64,000 bases of DNA from Myxococcota bacterium (GTDB lineage Bacteria > Myxococcota_A > UBA9160 > JAFDDA01), in NCBI GenBank assembly GCA_965228475.1, contig OZ245817.1, positions 3,136,001 through 3,200,000 of the forward strand, in the 5' to 3' direction. Below the pieces are notes generated by a model. It was not told where the DNA came from and made no database searches. It worked only from the letters and a program-made list of their open reading frames with translations. The translations under genes were made by a program, and so were the position numbers. Shown in pieces: positions 19,290 to 28,586 of this stretch. Every line of letters begins with the position of its first letter. The first letter of the stretch is position 1.

Positions 19290-21043
19290 GCCGCGCGGAG
19301 CTTGCCACCGAGCGGGTCGAGCGCTTCCTCGACGCGCGCGAACGGGAGCCGCGGCCCGAGGCCTGGCTCTACGTGCCTCCCGCCGAGACCCTGCTCGAGA
19401 GCGCGCGCGCCGCCGACGCCGAGGCGGGCGATCGCCTCCGGCGCCCCCTGCTCGGCACCGTCTTCGCGGTGAAGGACAACCTCGACGTCGCGGGCTGGCC
19501 CACGACCGCCGGCTGCCCGGCCTTCTCCTACGTCCCCGACGTGAGCGCGCGCGTCGTGAGCCGCCTCCAGGCGGCGGGCGCCCTCCCCGTCGGCAAGACC
19601 CACATGGACCAGTTCGCGACGGGCCTCGTCGGGACGCGTTCTCCCCACGGGCCGTGCCGCAACGCCCACGACCCCTCGGTGATCTCGGGCGGATCGAGCA
19701 GCGGCTCCGCCGTCGCCGTCGCTACGGGCTGCGTCGACTTCGCGCTCGGCACCGACACGGCCGGCTCCGGGCGCGTGCCCGCCGCGCTGAACGGCGTCTT
19801 CGGCCTCAAGCCCACGCGGGGCATGCTCTCGACGCGCGGCGTAGTACCCGCGTGTCCGAGCCTCGATTGCGTCTCGGTCTTCGCCCCGGACGGGGCGAAC
19901 GCCGCCGACGTCTTCGCCGCGGCCCGCGCACCGGACCCGACGGATCCCTACTCGCGCCCGGGCACCGCGCGGCGGAACTTCGGGGAGTCCTTTCGATTCG
20001 CCCTTCCGCCCGACGACGTTCTCGGGCAGGTCGACGCCGAGCACCGGGCGAGTCTCTCGCGCGCCGCCGAGCTCCTGCACGACTTCGGGGGCCGGCGCGT
20101 GGACGTCGATTGGGAGCCTTTCCGGGCGGCGTCGAGGCTCCTCTACCAGGGCCCGTGGCTCGCGGAACGGGAAGCGGCGTTCGGCCAGTTCGTTTCCGCT
20201 CACCCCGAAGCCGTGGACCCGACGGTCCGGGCGATCCTCGAAGGAGCCCGGGCGATCTCGGGCGCCGACGTCTTCCGCGGCCTCCACCGGCTGCAAGTGC
20301 TCCGGCGCGACGCGGCGCGCAGCTTCGAAGCCTTCGAGGTGCTCGTCGTTCCGCCGGTCACCCGCTCCTACCGGATCCAGGAAGTCCTAGTCGATCCGAT
20401 CGCGACGAACGCTGCCCTCGGCACCTTCAACAACTTCGTGAACCTGCTCGACCTGTGCGCCTGCGTTACACCGATCTCCGCCGCCCCGGGCGAAGTGCCG
20501 AGCGGCGTCACGCTGTGCGCGCCCGCCTTCGCCGACGACGCCCTGCTCGAGGTCGCGCGCCGGCTCGAAGCCGCCCGCGGGCCGATCCCGCTTCGTCCCG
20601 CCGCCGCCGACCGGATCGAGCTCGTCGTGGTCGGCGCCCACCTCTCGGGAATGCCTCTCCACCACGAACTCGAGGCGCTCGGCGCTCGCTTCGCCCGAGC
20701 CCTTCGGACCGAGCCCCGCTACCGGCTGCACGCCCTGCCCGGCACGGATCCCCCGAAGCCGGGCCTCGTGCAGACGGCCCGCGACGGTGTGGCGATCGAG
20801 GTCGAGGTGTACCGCCTCACGCCGGAGGCCTTCGGGCGCTTCGTCGAGGCCATCCCGGCTCCGCTCGGCATCGGGCGAATCGCCCTCGAAGACGGAACGC
20901 GGCCGGCGGGGTTCCTGTGCGAGGCCGTCGGACTCGAATCCGCACGGGACGTCTCGCAGTACGGCGGCTGGCGGGCCTTCCGCGCCGCCGAATCGGATGG
21001 AAAGGCCCCGGCTCACGGGGCGCAAAACGAGGAGATGAAGTGA
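19286..21043 (+). CDS. atzF: Allophanate hydrolase
   Basis: Amidase signature (FAVKDN, GGSSSGSA, GTDTAGSGRVPA) plus C-terminal domain (VVVGAHLSGMPL, DVSQYGGWRAF). Confidence 0.93.
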   Translation: MSRAELATERVERFLDAREREPRPEAWLYVPPAETLLESARAADAEAGDRLRRPLLGTVFAVKDNLDVAGWPTTAGCPAFSYVPDVSARVVSRLQAAGALPVGKTHMDQFATGLVGTRSPHGPCRNAHDPSVISGGSSSGSAVAVATGCVDFALGTDTAGSGRVPAALNGVFGLKPTRGMLSTRGVVPACPSLDCVSVFAPDGANAADVFAAARAPDPTDPYSRPGTARRNFGESFRFALPPDDVLGQVDAEHRASLSRAAELLHDFGGRRVDVDWEPFRAASRLLYQGPWLAEREAAFGQFVSAHPEAVDPTVRAILEGARAISGADVFRGLHRLQVLRRDAARSFEAFEVLVVPPVTRSYRIQEVLVDPIATNAALGTFNNFVNLLDLCACVTPISAAPGEVPSGVTLCAPAFADDALLEVARRLEAARGPIPLRPAAADRIELVVVGAHLSGMPLHHELEALGARFARALRTEPRYRLHALPGTDPPKPGLVQTARDGVAIEVEVYRLTPEAFGRFVEAIPAPLGIGRIALEDGTRPAGFLCEAVGLESARDVSQYGGWRAFRAAESDGKAPAHGAQNEEMK

Positions 21044-21483
21044 TGCGATGGACGACCCTATCAGCGCTGGTCTCGGCGCTGGCCTGCCTCGTCGCCCTGC
21101 CCGCGACGGCCGATGACCACGACCCGTGCTTCGACCACGCCCAGGCGGTCGTGGCGGCGCTCGAAGCCGGCCCGGCCGGCGATCTCTCGGATCGGGAGCG
21201 CGGCCTCGCGCTCGCCGCCGCGGTCCGCGGCTGCCAGGCGGAGCGGGCTCGCATCGTCGGTGCCGCGGCCGTCGCCCCCGCGGATGCGGAGCCGGCGAAG
21301 CCCGAGGCCCTGGCGTCCGAAACCCCGAGTGCGACTGAGCCGAACGCGGACCCGTCGAGCACCGGCTCGGCGACGCCGGGGAAGATCGGCTTCTTCGAGG
21401 GTTTGCAGCGCTGGCTCGCCGAGCCCGTCGAATGCGAACGGTTCCGGCGCGCCAACGGCCGGATGGTCTCGCGCTGCAACTGA
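21043..21483 (+). CDS. Hypothetical secreted protein with a Pro/Ala/Ser/Thr-rich linker and four Cys in the mature part
   Basis: TGATG coupling to atzF, GAGGAG RBS, signal peptide ending ATA-DD. Confidence 0.65.
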   Translation: MRWTTLSALVSALACLVALPATADDHDPCFDHAQAVVAALEAGPAGDLSDRERGLALAAAVRGCQAERARIVGAAAVAPADAEPAKPEALASETPSATEPNADPSSTGSATPGKIGFFEGLQRWLAEPVECERFRRANGRMVSRCN

Positions 21484-21542
21484 GGGGCTGGCGTCACGAC
21501 GCACCGCAACGCAAGGGGTTCGGCGTGGGCTAGTGTCGCCGC

Positions 21543-22250
21543 ATGCAGACCCTCACGATCCCCCACCGCTTTCGCGGGCCGGCCGACTCGGGCAACGGCG
21601 GCTGGGTCGCCGGCCAGCTCGCCCGCGCCTTCGAAGGCGCGGCCACGGTCCGGCTGCACGCGCCGCCGCCGCTCGAGACAGCGCTCGCGATTCGGGAGAC
21701 GGACGACGCGGTCGAATTCCTCGACGGGGAGACGCTCCTGGCGCGAGCGCGGCCCGCCGCACTCGAACTCGAGATTCCCGAGCCGCCGGGCTTCGACGAA
21801 GCCCTCGCGTGTGAGCCCGGCTTCCAGGGCTTTGCGGTCCACCCGATCCCCGGCTGCTTCGTCTGCGGGACCGAGCGGGAGGTGAACGACGGCCTGCGCA
21901 TCTTCGCCGCGCCGTGGAAGGACGAAGCGGGCACGCCGCGCGTCGCGGCCGGCTGGCAACCGGACGCCTCGCTCGCCGACGCCTCCGGCACCGTCCGTCC
22001 GGAGATCCTCTGGGCCGCCCTCGACTGCCCGGGCGCCTTCTCCTTCACGAACCCGCCCGGGCGCCACTGCCTGCTCGGCGAACTCACGGCAAAGCTCGAG
22101 GGCGAGGTCCACGCCGGCGAGCGCTGCGTCGTGGTCGGATGGTCGCTCGGCCAGGAGGGCCGCAAGCGCTTCACGGCCACGGCCGTCTTCGGAGAGGACG
22201 GCGCCCTGCGCGGGGCCAGCCGGGCCACGTGGATCGAGCTTGCCGGCTGA
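21543..22250 (+). CDS. Double hotdog-fold/thioesterase-like protein
   Basis: RFRGPADSGNGGWVAG, PPPLE, HPIPGCFVCG, WAALDCPG motifs. Confidence 0.75.
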   Translation: MQTLTIPHRFRGPADSGNGGWVAGQLARAFEGAATVRLHAPPPLETALAIRETDDAVEFLDGETLLARARPAALELEIPEPPGFDEALACEPGFQGFAVHPIPGCFVCGTEREVNDGLRIFAAPWKDEAGTPRVAAGWQPDASLADASGTVRPEILWAALDCPGAFSFTNPPGRHCLLGELTAKLEGEVHAGERCVVVGWSLGQEGRKRFTATAVFGEDGALRGASRATWIELAG

Positions 22251-22277
22251 AGGCAAGTTCAGGGTATCGTTCGTTGC

Positions 22278-22727
22278 GTGGTGAAGATCACCAACAAGCT
22301 CAGGGCTTGGGTCCGCAAGATCGCCGTCATGCCGGTAGGTCGCATCTGGTGGGCGGATGCCGCCGATGCGCGCCGGCGCGGTGATTGGGAGACTGTGGTG
22401 CGCCGAGTAGAGGCTCTGCACCGATCGCACTGGCAGAACGACAACAGTAGGTTTCTGCTCGCGGAAGCGTACGGTCGACTGGACCGGCATGGCGAAGCGA
22501 TCGCGCAGATCGAGCAGATCGGTGGCGTACTGACCTCGCCACTCCGCCAACAGGAGCGGCTGCTCCAGACCGCTCACAGCTTGAACCACCTCGATAGGAT
22601 TCCAGAGGCGCTGGAAGTCCTCCCGACCCCCGACTGCATCGAGCAGGTGTTCCCTGACTATCTCGAGGAGGCACGGGAGCTCTATCAGAACCTAGTTGAT
22701 CGCTCGGATCCCCTAACTCGTGACTAG
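22278..22727 (+). CDS. Hypothetical TPR-like helical-repeat protein, lower GC than its neighbours
   Basis: LLAEAYGRLDRHGEAIAQ and AHSLNHLDRIPEALEVL resemble TPR helices; many A/T-ending codons. Confidence 0.6.
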   Translation: MVKITNKLRAWVRKIAVMPVGRIWWADAADARRRGDWETVVRRVEALHRSHWQNDNSRFLLAEAYGRLDRHGEAIAQIEQIGGVLTSPLRQQERLLQTAHSLNHLDRIPEALEVLPTPDCIEQVFPDYLEEARELYQNLVDRSDPLTRD

Positions 22728-22739
22728 GCCCCGGCCGAT

Positions 22740-23522
22740 CTAGCTCCGCAGCCCCCAGAAGATCACCAGGGCGCCGAGCGGCCACACGTACCAGGCGAAG
22801 TGGTGGAAGGCGTGGTTGCGCAGCAGCCGCACGAACAGGGCGAGCGCCGCGAGGCCCGAGACCAGGGCCAGCGCCGCGCCGACCGCGATCGCCGAGAAGC
22901 CGTCCGGAGTCACGCCCGAGAGTTCCGGGATCTGCAGCACCACGGCGCCGGTGATCGCGATGATCGACATCAGGAAGGAGAACTCCGCGGCCGCGGCCGG
23001 CGCGACACCGAAGGCGAGCGCCGCGGCCACCGTGGAGCCGCTGCGAGAGACGCCGGGGATGATCGCCACGGCCTGGGCGATGCCGATCCCCACCACCGCC
23101 CCCCAGCCGGGCTCCGGGGTCTCGGCCCGGGGCAGCGTGTAGCGGGTGCTGTAGACGGCCGCGCCGGTCAGCCAGAGCGCGAGCCCGACCGGAGCGATGC
23201 TCTCGTAGAGGCCTTCGAAGAAATCGCGGGCGACCAGGACGGCGGCCACGGCGGGGAGGGTCCCCACCGCGAGCTTCATCCCGTAGCGCCAGGCGTCGGC
23301 GTCACCGCGGAGCGCCCCGGCGAGGAGTTCGCCGACGCGCCGTCGGTAGAACACGACCACCGCGATCAAGGTCGCCGCGTGCAGGGCGACCTCGAAGACG
23401 ATGCCTTCCTGCTCGGCGCCGAGCGCCCGGCCGAACAGCACCAGGTGCCCCGAACTCGAGACGGGGAGGAATTCGGTCAGGCCCTGGACGAGGCCCAACA
23501 GTGCCGCATGCAGGAGGTCCAG
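22740..23522 (-). CDS. uppP: Undecaprenyl-diphosphate phosphatase (BacA family)
   Basis: LGLVQGLTEFLPVSSSGH, AIIPGVSRSGST, AAEFSFLMSI motifs. Start inferred at CTG 23522. Confidence 0.92.
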   Translation of the reverse strand: MDLLHAALLGLVQGLTEFLPVSSSGHLVLFGRALGAEQEGIVFEVALHAATLIAVVVFYRRRVGELLAGALRGDADAWRYGMKLAVGTLPAVAAVLVARDFFEGLYESIAPVGLALWLTGAAVYSTRYTLPRAETPEPGWGAVVGIGIAQAVAIIPGVSRSGSTVAAALAFGVAPAAAAEFSFLMSIIAITGAVVLQIPELSGVTPDGFSAIAVGAALALVSGLAALALFVRLLRNHAFHHFAWYVWPLGALVIFWGLRS

Positions 23523-23524
23523 CG

Positions 23525-26500
23525 CTAACGCCCCCCGGCCACGCCGACGGGTTCGGCGGCTGCGCTTCCGCCGCGCAGGCGCTCCCGTGTGCGCTCCACC
23601 TGGAGGTAGACCGCGGGCACGACGAAGAACGAGAGGAACGTCGCGAAGAACACGCCGCCGACCACGGCAACGCCGAGCGGCTGGCGCGATTCGCCGCCCG
23701 CACCGAGCCCCGCGGCGATCGGGACGAGGCCCGCGATCGTGGCGAGGGCGGTCATCAGGATCGGGCGGAAGCGGATGCGGCAGGCCTCGAGCGTGGCTTC
23801 CCGCACCTCCATGCCGCGCTCCCGGAGCTGGTTCGCGAACTCGACGATCAGGATCGAGTTCTTCGTCACGAGCCCGACGAGCATCACGAGGCCGATCTTG
23901 CTGTAGATGTTCAGCGTCATCGGGTTCTTCACGCCGAGGACGATCTCGCGCCACCACGTCACCATCTGGAGCGCCAGGAGCGCGCCGGTGAAGGAGAGCG
24001 CGACCGCCACGAGGATCGTGACCGGATGGATGAAGCTCTCGAACTGCGCCGAGAGCACGAGGTACACGACGAGGATGGCGAGGATGTAGGCGAAGGCCAG
24101 GGCGTTGCCGGACTCGAAGAACTTCTCGGCGTCGCCGGTCCAGGTGAAGTTGTAGCCGCTGCCGACGGGAACGACCTCGGAGGCGACCCGCGCCGCCGCG
24201 TCGAGCGCCTCCTTCTGGGAGAAGCCCCCTTCGAGGCGCGCGTTCACGGTGACGGCGCGGAAGCGGTCGTAGTGCGGCAGCGCGCGCGGCGCGATCGTCT
24301 CCCGGGCGTCGACGACCGAGCGCAGCGGGATCAGCAGGCCGTTGTGCCCGCGCGCGTAGAGGTCCATCAGCTGACGCGCGCGCTCGCGGGATTCGCGCTC
24401 GAGCTGGACCACGACGTCGTAGGTCTCCCCGTCGAGCTTGAAGGTCGAGAGGTCCTGGCCGCCGAGCAGGATCTGGAGCGTGCGCGCGACGTCGCGCACC
24501 GAGACGCCGAGGTCGCTCGCGCGGTCCCGGTCGATGTGGACGTCGAGCTGAGGTTTGTTCAGGAAGAGATCCGTCTCGACCCGCGAGAAGCCGGGCTCGG
24601 CCTCGAGGCGCTGCTTCACCTCTTCGGCGAGGCGCGCGAGCTCCTGGACGTCCTGGCCCTGGATCACGAGGGAGACCGGCGCGGCCGAGAAGCGGCCGAG
24701 GGGGCGCGGCTCGAAGGCGAAGGCCTGGACGCCCGGCACCTTGCGCAGCTCCTGGTTGATCGAGGCGACGACGTCGCGCTGGTGCCGGTCGCGCTGGTCC
24801 TTGGGCTTCATCATCGTGAACATGAACCCTTCGTTCACGAGCCCCGGCGTCCCGATGCCGAGGGAGACCACCGAGAAGATGCGCTCGATCTCCGGCGTAT
24901 CGAGGAAGACCTGTTCCGCTTCCTTCTGATAGCGGTCCGTGTACTCGATGGTCGCGCCCTCGGGCGCCGTCATCTTGGCGATCACCGAGCCGCGGTCCGA
25001 CGTCGGGATGAGCTCCTGGTCGATGCCCTGGAGCAGCACCGCACCGAGCAGGACCCACGCCGCGCCGACGGCGATCCAGAGCATGGGCCGCCGGAGCGCG
25101 GGGTCGACGATGGCGGCGTAGGCACGCGCCGGCGCGTCGAAGGTGCGTGCGAGCGTGCGCTTGAGCGCGGAGGGGGTCTCGTCCCGGCGGATCACGAGGG
25201 CACACAGGGCCGGGGAGAGCGTCAGCGCCACGAAGCCCGAGACGGCCACCGCGGCGGCGACGGTGACGGCGAACTCGCGGAAGAGCCGGCCGGTGGTGTC
25301 CGTCAGGAAGGTGAGCGGCAGGAAGACGGCCACCGCGGAGACCGTCGCCGAGACGACCGCGAAGGAGATCTCCTCCATGCCCCGGCGCGCGGCCTCGACC
25401 GGCCCCGCGCCCTCTTCCATCCAACGCGTGATGTTCTCGACCACCACGATGGCATCGTCCACGACCAGGCCGATGGCGAGCGTGATCCCCATCAGGGTGA
25501 GCGTGTTGATGGTGAAGCCGAATGCGTAGAGCACCATGAAGGCGCCGATCACCGAGACCGGAATCGCGGCGGCCGGGATCAAGGTGGCGCGGGCGCTGCG
25601 CAGGAAGCAGAAGATCACCAGCACGACGAGCGCGACGGCTTCGTAGATCGTGCGCTGGACGCTGTCGATGGACTGGCGGATGAAGATCGAGGAGTCGTAG
25701 GCCGGCTGGATGTTGACGCCGTCGGGCAGGATCGGCCGGATCACGTCGAGCTCGGCCCGCACGCGCGTCGCCACGTCCAGCGTGTTGGCCTTGGACTGCT
25801 TCACGATGCCGAGGCCGAGGCCCGGCACGCCGTTGAAGCGCACGATCTTGCGTTCGTCCTCGGGCCCGGCCTCGACGCGGGCGACGTCCCCGAGCCGTAC
25901 GGGCTCGGAGCCGGTACGCGGAGAGACGACGAGCCGCCGATAGGCTTCGACGGTCTTCAGCTCTCCGAGGCTGCGCACGGTGAACTCGCGGTCGGAACTC
26001 TCGATCCGGCCCGACGGGATGTCGACGTTCTGGACCTCGAGGGCGCTGGCGACGTCGGCGACCGTCAGGTTGTGGGAGGTCAGCCGGCTGTTGTCGATCC
26101 AGACGCGCATCGAGTAGCGGCGCTCGCCGGCGACGATCACCGTCGAGACGCCGGGGAGCTTCCCGATCCGGTCCTTGATGTAGAGCTCGGCGATGCGCGT
26201 GAGCTCGACCTGGTCGTAGCGGTCGCTCGAGAGGCCGGCCCACATGACGGGCCAGGCATCCGAGTCCTGCTTCGCGACGACCGGGTCGTCGATCTCCTCG
26301 GGGAGCTGACGCCGCGAGCGCGCGACGCGGTCGCGCACGTCGTTGGCCGCCACCTCGACGTCGCGGTCGAGGGTGAACTCCACCGAGATCTGCGAGACCT
26401 GCTCGCGGCTGGTGGAGGTGATGTGCTTGACGCCGTCGATGCCGACGAGCAGATCCTCGAGAGGCTGGGTGACGGAGGTCTCGACCACCTCGGGCGCCGC

Positions 26501-26659
26501 ACCGGGGAACACGGTGGTGACGGAGACGACGGGCGGGTCGACGTCCGGCAGCTCGCGGTTCTGGAGCCGGCTCGCGCCGATCCAGCCGAAGAGCACGATC
26601 ACGAGCGACATCACCGTCGCGAGGACGGGGCGATCGATCGATGTCTGCGAGAGCTTCAC
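23525..26659 (-). CDS. RND efflux transporter permease (AcrB family)
   Basis: 1044 aa; IDRPVLATV, GLVVDDAIVVVEN, GLVTKNSILIVEFAN, RFRPILMT. Confidence 0.95.
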   Translation of the reverse strand: MKLSQTSIDRPVLATVMSLVIVLFGWIGASRLQNRELPDVDPPVVSVTTVFPGAAPEVVETSVTQPLEDLLVGIDGVKHITSTSREQVSQISVEFTLDRDVEVAANDVRDRVARSRRQLPEEIDDPVVAKQDSDAWPVMWAGLSSDRYDQVELTRIAELYIKDRIGKLPGVSTVIVAGERRYSMRVWIDNSRLTSHNLTVADVASALEVQNVDIPSGRIESSDREFTVRSLGELKTVEAYRRLVVSPRTGSEPVRLGDVARVEAGPEDERKIVRFNGVPGLGLGIVKQSKANTLDVATRVRAELDVIRPILPDGVNIQPAYDSSIFIRQSIDSVQRTIYEAVALVVLVIFCFLRSARATLIPAAAIPVSVIGAFMVLYAFGFTINTLTLMGITLAIGLVVDDAIVVVENITRWMEEGAGPVEAARRGMEEISFAVVSATVSAVAVFLPLTFLTDTTGRLFREFAVTVAAAVAVSGFVALTLSPALCALVIRRDETPSALKRTLARTFDAPARAYAAIVDPALRRPMLWIAVGAAWVLLGAVLLQGIDQELIPTSDRGSVIAKMTAPEGATIEYTDRYQKEAEQVFLDTPEIERIFSVVSLGIGTPGLVNEGFMFTMMKPKDQRDRHQRDVVASINQELRKVPGVQAFAFEPRPLGRFSAAPVSLVIQGQDVQELARLAEEVKQRLEAEPGFSRVETDLFLNKPQLDVHIDRDRASDLGVSVRDVARTLQILLGGQDLSTFKLDGETYDVVVQLERESRERARQLMDLYARGHNGLLIPLRSVVDARETIAPRALPHYDRFRAVTVNARLEGGFSQKEALDAAARVASEVVPVGSGYNFTWTGDAEKFFESGNALAFAYILAILVVYLVLSAQFESFIHPVTILVAVALSFTGALLALQMVTWWREIVLGVKNPMTLNIYSKIGLVMLVGLVTKNSILIVEFANQLRERGMEVREATLEACRIRFRPILMTALATIAGLVPIAAGLGAGGESRQPLGVAVVGGVFFATFLSFFVVPAVYLQVERTRERLRGGSAAAEPVGVAGGR

Positions 26660-26705
26660 GGGAGGGCCCCGGGCCTCGCGTCCGGGCCCGTTCTGCTCGC
26701 GCCCC

Positions 26706-27902
26706 TCACGTGCCGCTCGAGCCGGCTTCGGCGCGCGGGGCGCCTTCGGGCGTGGGCGCTGCCGGGTCGACCGTTTCGGTGGGCCGGTCGGCCGTGCGCT
26801 CGGCGGCGGTCACGCGCGCGCCGTCGAAGACCTTGTTCGTTCCGGCGGCCACGACCCGATCGCCGGGGGTGATGCCCTCGGTGATCTCGACGCGGCCGTT
26901 CAATCGCAGGCCGATCTCGACCGGCGCGCGGGAGGCCTCGTTCTCCGCATCGAGCCGCCAGACGAAGGCGCCGGCGCGGTCGTAGACGATGGCGGCCTCG
27001 GGCACGAGCAGCGATTCCGGGCGCTCGTCGATCACCGCCTCGACCTGGGCGAACAGGCCCGGCCGGAGCTTCTGCTCCGGGTTCGGGATCCAGGCCTTCA
27101 CGGCGATCCGGCGCGTCGCCTGCTCGAGGTAGGGCGAGACGAAGAAGACCTCGCCGTCGAAGAACTCCCCGGGATAGGGCGCGACCGAGATCCGCAGGGG
27201 CACGCCGGGCCGGGCCAGCGGCAGCGCCTGCTCGGGCAGCGAGAAGAAGAGCACGACGCGGTCGATGGCGTCGAGGCGGACGAGCTCCGTGCGGTCGTCC
27301 ACGCGGTCCCCGACCCAGACCTTCCGCTGGCCGGTGTAGCCGGTGAAGGGCGCCCGGACGTAGGTCTTCTCGAGCTGGACCTGGGCCAGGGAAACCGCCG
27401 CCCGTGCGATCTCGCGCTCGGCGGCCTGGCGCTCGAGCGCCGCGTCGGAGGCCGCGTTGCGGTCGGCCAGGCGCTTGGTGCGGTCGTACTCCGCCTGGAC
27501 CTTCGCGAGCTCGGCCTGGGCCAGCCGCAGCCGGGCCTTCTGCTCGTCGTTGCGCAGGGCGAACATCACGTCGCCCTTCTCGACGACGGCGCCCTCCTCG
27601 AACTCGATGCGGTCGATCACGCCGTCGTCTTCGGCCCGGAGGACGACGCTGGCTTCGGCCTCGAGCTGGCCGACGAAGGCGACTTCGTCCCGGAGGAGCT
27701 CCGGGGCCACCGTCACGACCTCGACGGTGATGGCGCGCGGGCCGCGCGGCTCGGTCGGGGCGGCGTCGCCCTGGCCGCAGCCCGCACCGGCCAGGAGCAG
27801 GCTCGCGGAGAGCGTCAGGAACCGCCCGCCCGGCGCCGCAGGCGAAGCCCCCCGAGAAGCGAGGAAACCCATGCGAAGCAAGCGCTTAGCTGCCCTGACC
27901 AT
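26706..27902 (-). CDS. RND periplasmic adaptor, probable lipoprotein
   Basis: LAGAGC lipobox-like motif, VRAPFTG, LRPGLF. Alternative start ATG 27872. Confidence 0.92.
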   Translation of the reverse strand: MVRAAKRLLRMGFLASRGASPAAPGGRFLTLSASLLLAGAGCGQGDAAPTEPRGPRAITVEVVTVAPELLRDEVAFVGQLEAEASVVLRAEDDGVIDRIEFEEGAVVEKGDVMFALRNDEQKARLRLAQAELAKVQAEYDRTKRLADRNAASDAALERQAAEREIARAAVSLAQVQLEKTYVRAPFTGYTGQRKVWVGDRVDDRTELVRLDAIDRVVLFFSLPEQALPLARPGVPLRISVAPYPGEFFDGEVFFVSPYLEQATRRIAVKAWIPNPEQKLRPGLFAQVEAVIDERPESLLVPEAAIVYDRAGAFVWRLDAENEASRAPVEIGLRLNGRVEITEGITPGDRVVAAGTNKVFDGARVTAAERTADRPTETVDPAAPTPEGAPRAEAGSSGT

Positions 27903-27932
27903 GGCCGGAGACTAGCGCGTTATGTTGTGGCC

Positions 27933-28559
27933 ATGCGAAAGCCCGAGCCGATCATCGCCTGCCTCGATCTCGAGGGGGTCCTCGTCCCCGAAATCTGGAT
28001 CCACTTCGCCGAACACACCGGAATCGAGGCCCTGAAGGCCACCACGCGCGACATCCCGGACTACGACGTGCTGATGAAGCAGCGCCTGCGCATCTTGGAG
28101 GAGAACGGCCTCGGGATCGCGGACATCCAGGAGGTCATCGCCGGGATGGGGCCGATGCCGGGGGCCAAGGACTTCCTGGACGGCCTCCGGGCCCGCGTCC
28201 AGGTCGTGATCCTCTCGGACACCTTCTACGAGTTCGCCGAGCCGCTGATGGCGCAGCTCGGCCGCCCGACGCTCTTCTGCCACCAGCTCGAGATCCAGGA
28301 CGGGCGGGTCGCGGACTACCACCTGCGGCTGCCCGACCCGAAGCGCAAGGCCGTGCTCGCCTTCCGGGAGCTGGCCTTCCGGACGATCGCCGCCGGCGAC
28401 TCGTACAACGACACCACGATGCTCGGGGAGGCCGATGCCGGCATCCTCTTCCGGCCGCCGGACAACGTCGTGGCGGAGTTCCCGCAGTTCCCGGTGGCGC
28501 GGGAGTACGACGCCCTGCGCGAGGAGTTCGAGCAGGCCATCGCGCGGCTCAACGGCTAG
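27933..28559 (+). CDS. thrH: Bifunctional phosphoserine phosphatase/homoserine phosphotransferase
   Basis: CLDLEGVLVPEIW, TTRDIPDYDVLM, ILSDTFYEF, AAGDSYNDTTML. Confidence 0.95.
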   Translation: MRKPEPIIACLDLEGVLVPEIWIHFAEHTGIEALKATTRDIPDYDVLMKQRLRILEENGLGIADIQEVIAGMGPMPGAKDFLDGLRARVQVVILSDTFYEFAEPLMAQLGRPTLFCHQLEIQDGRVADYHLRLPDPKRKAVLAFRELAFRTIAAGDSYNDTTMLGEADAGILFRPPDNVVAEFPQFPVAREYDALREEFEQAIARLNG

Positions 28560-28586
28560 CATCCCTCCGCATTCAAGGAGGGAATC

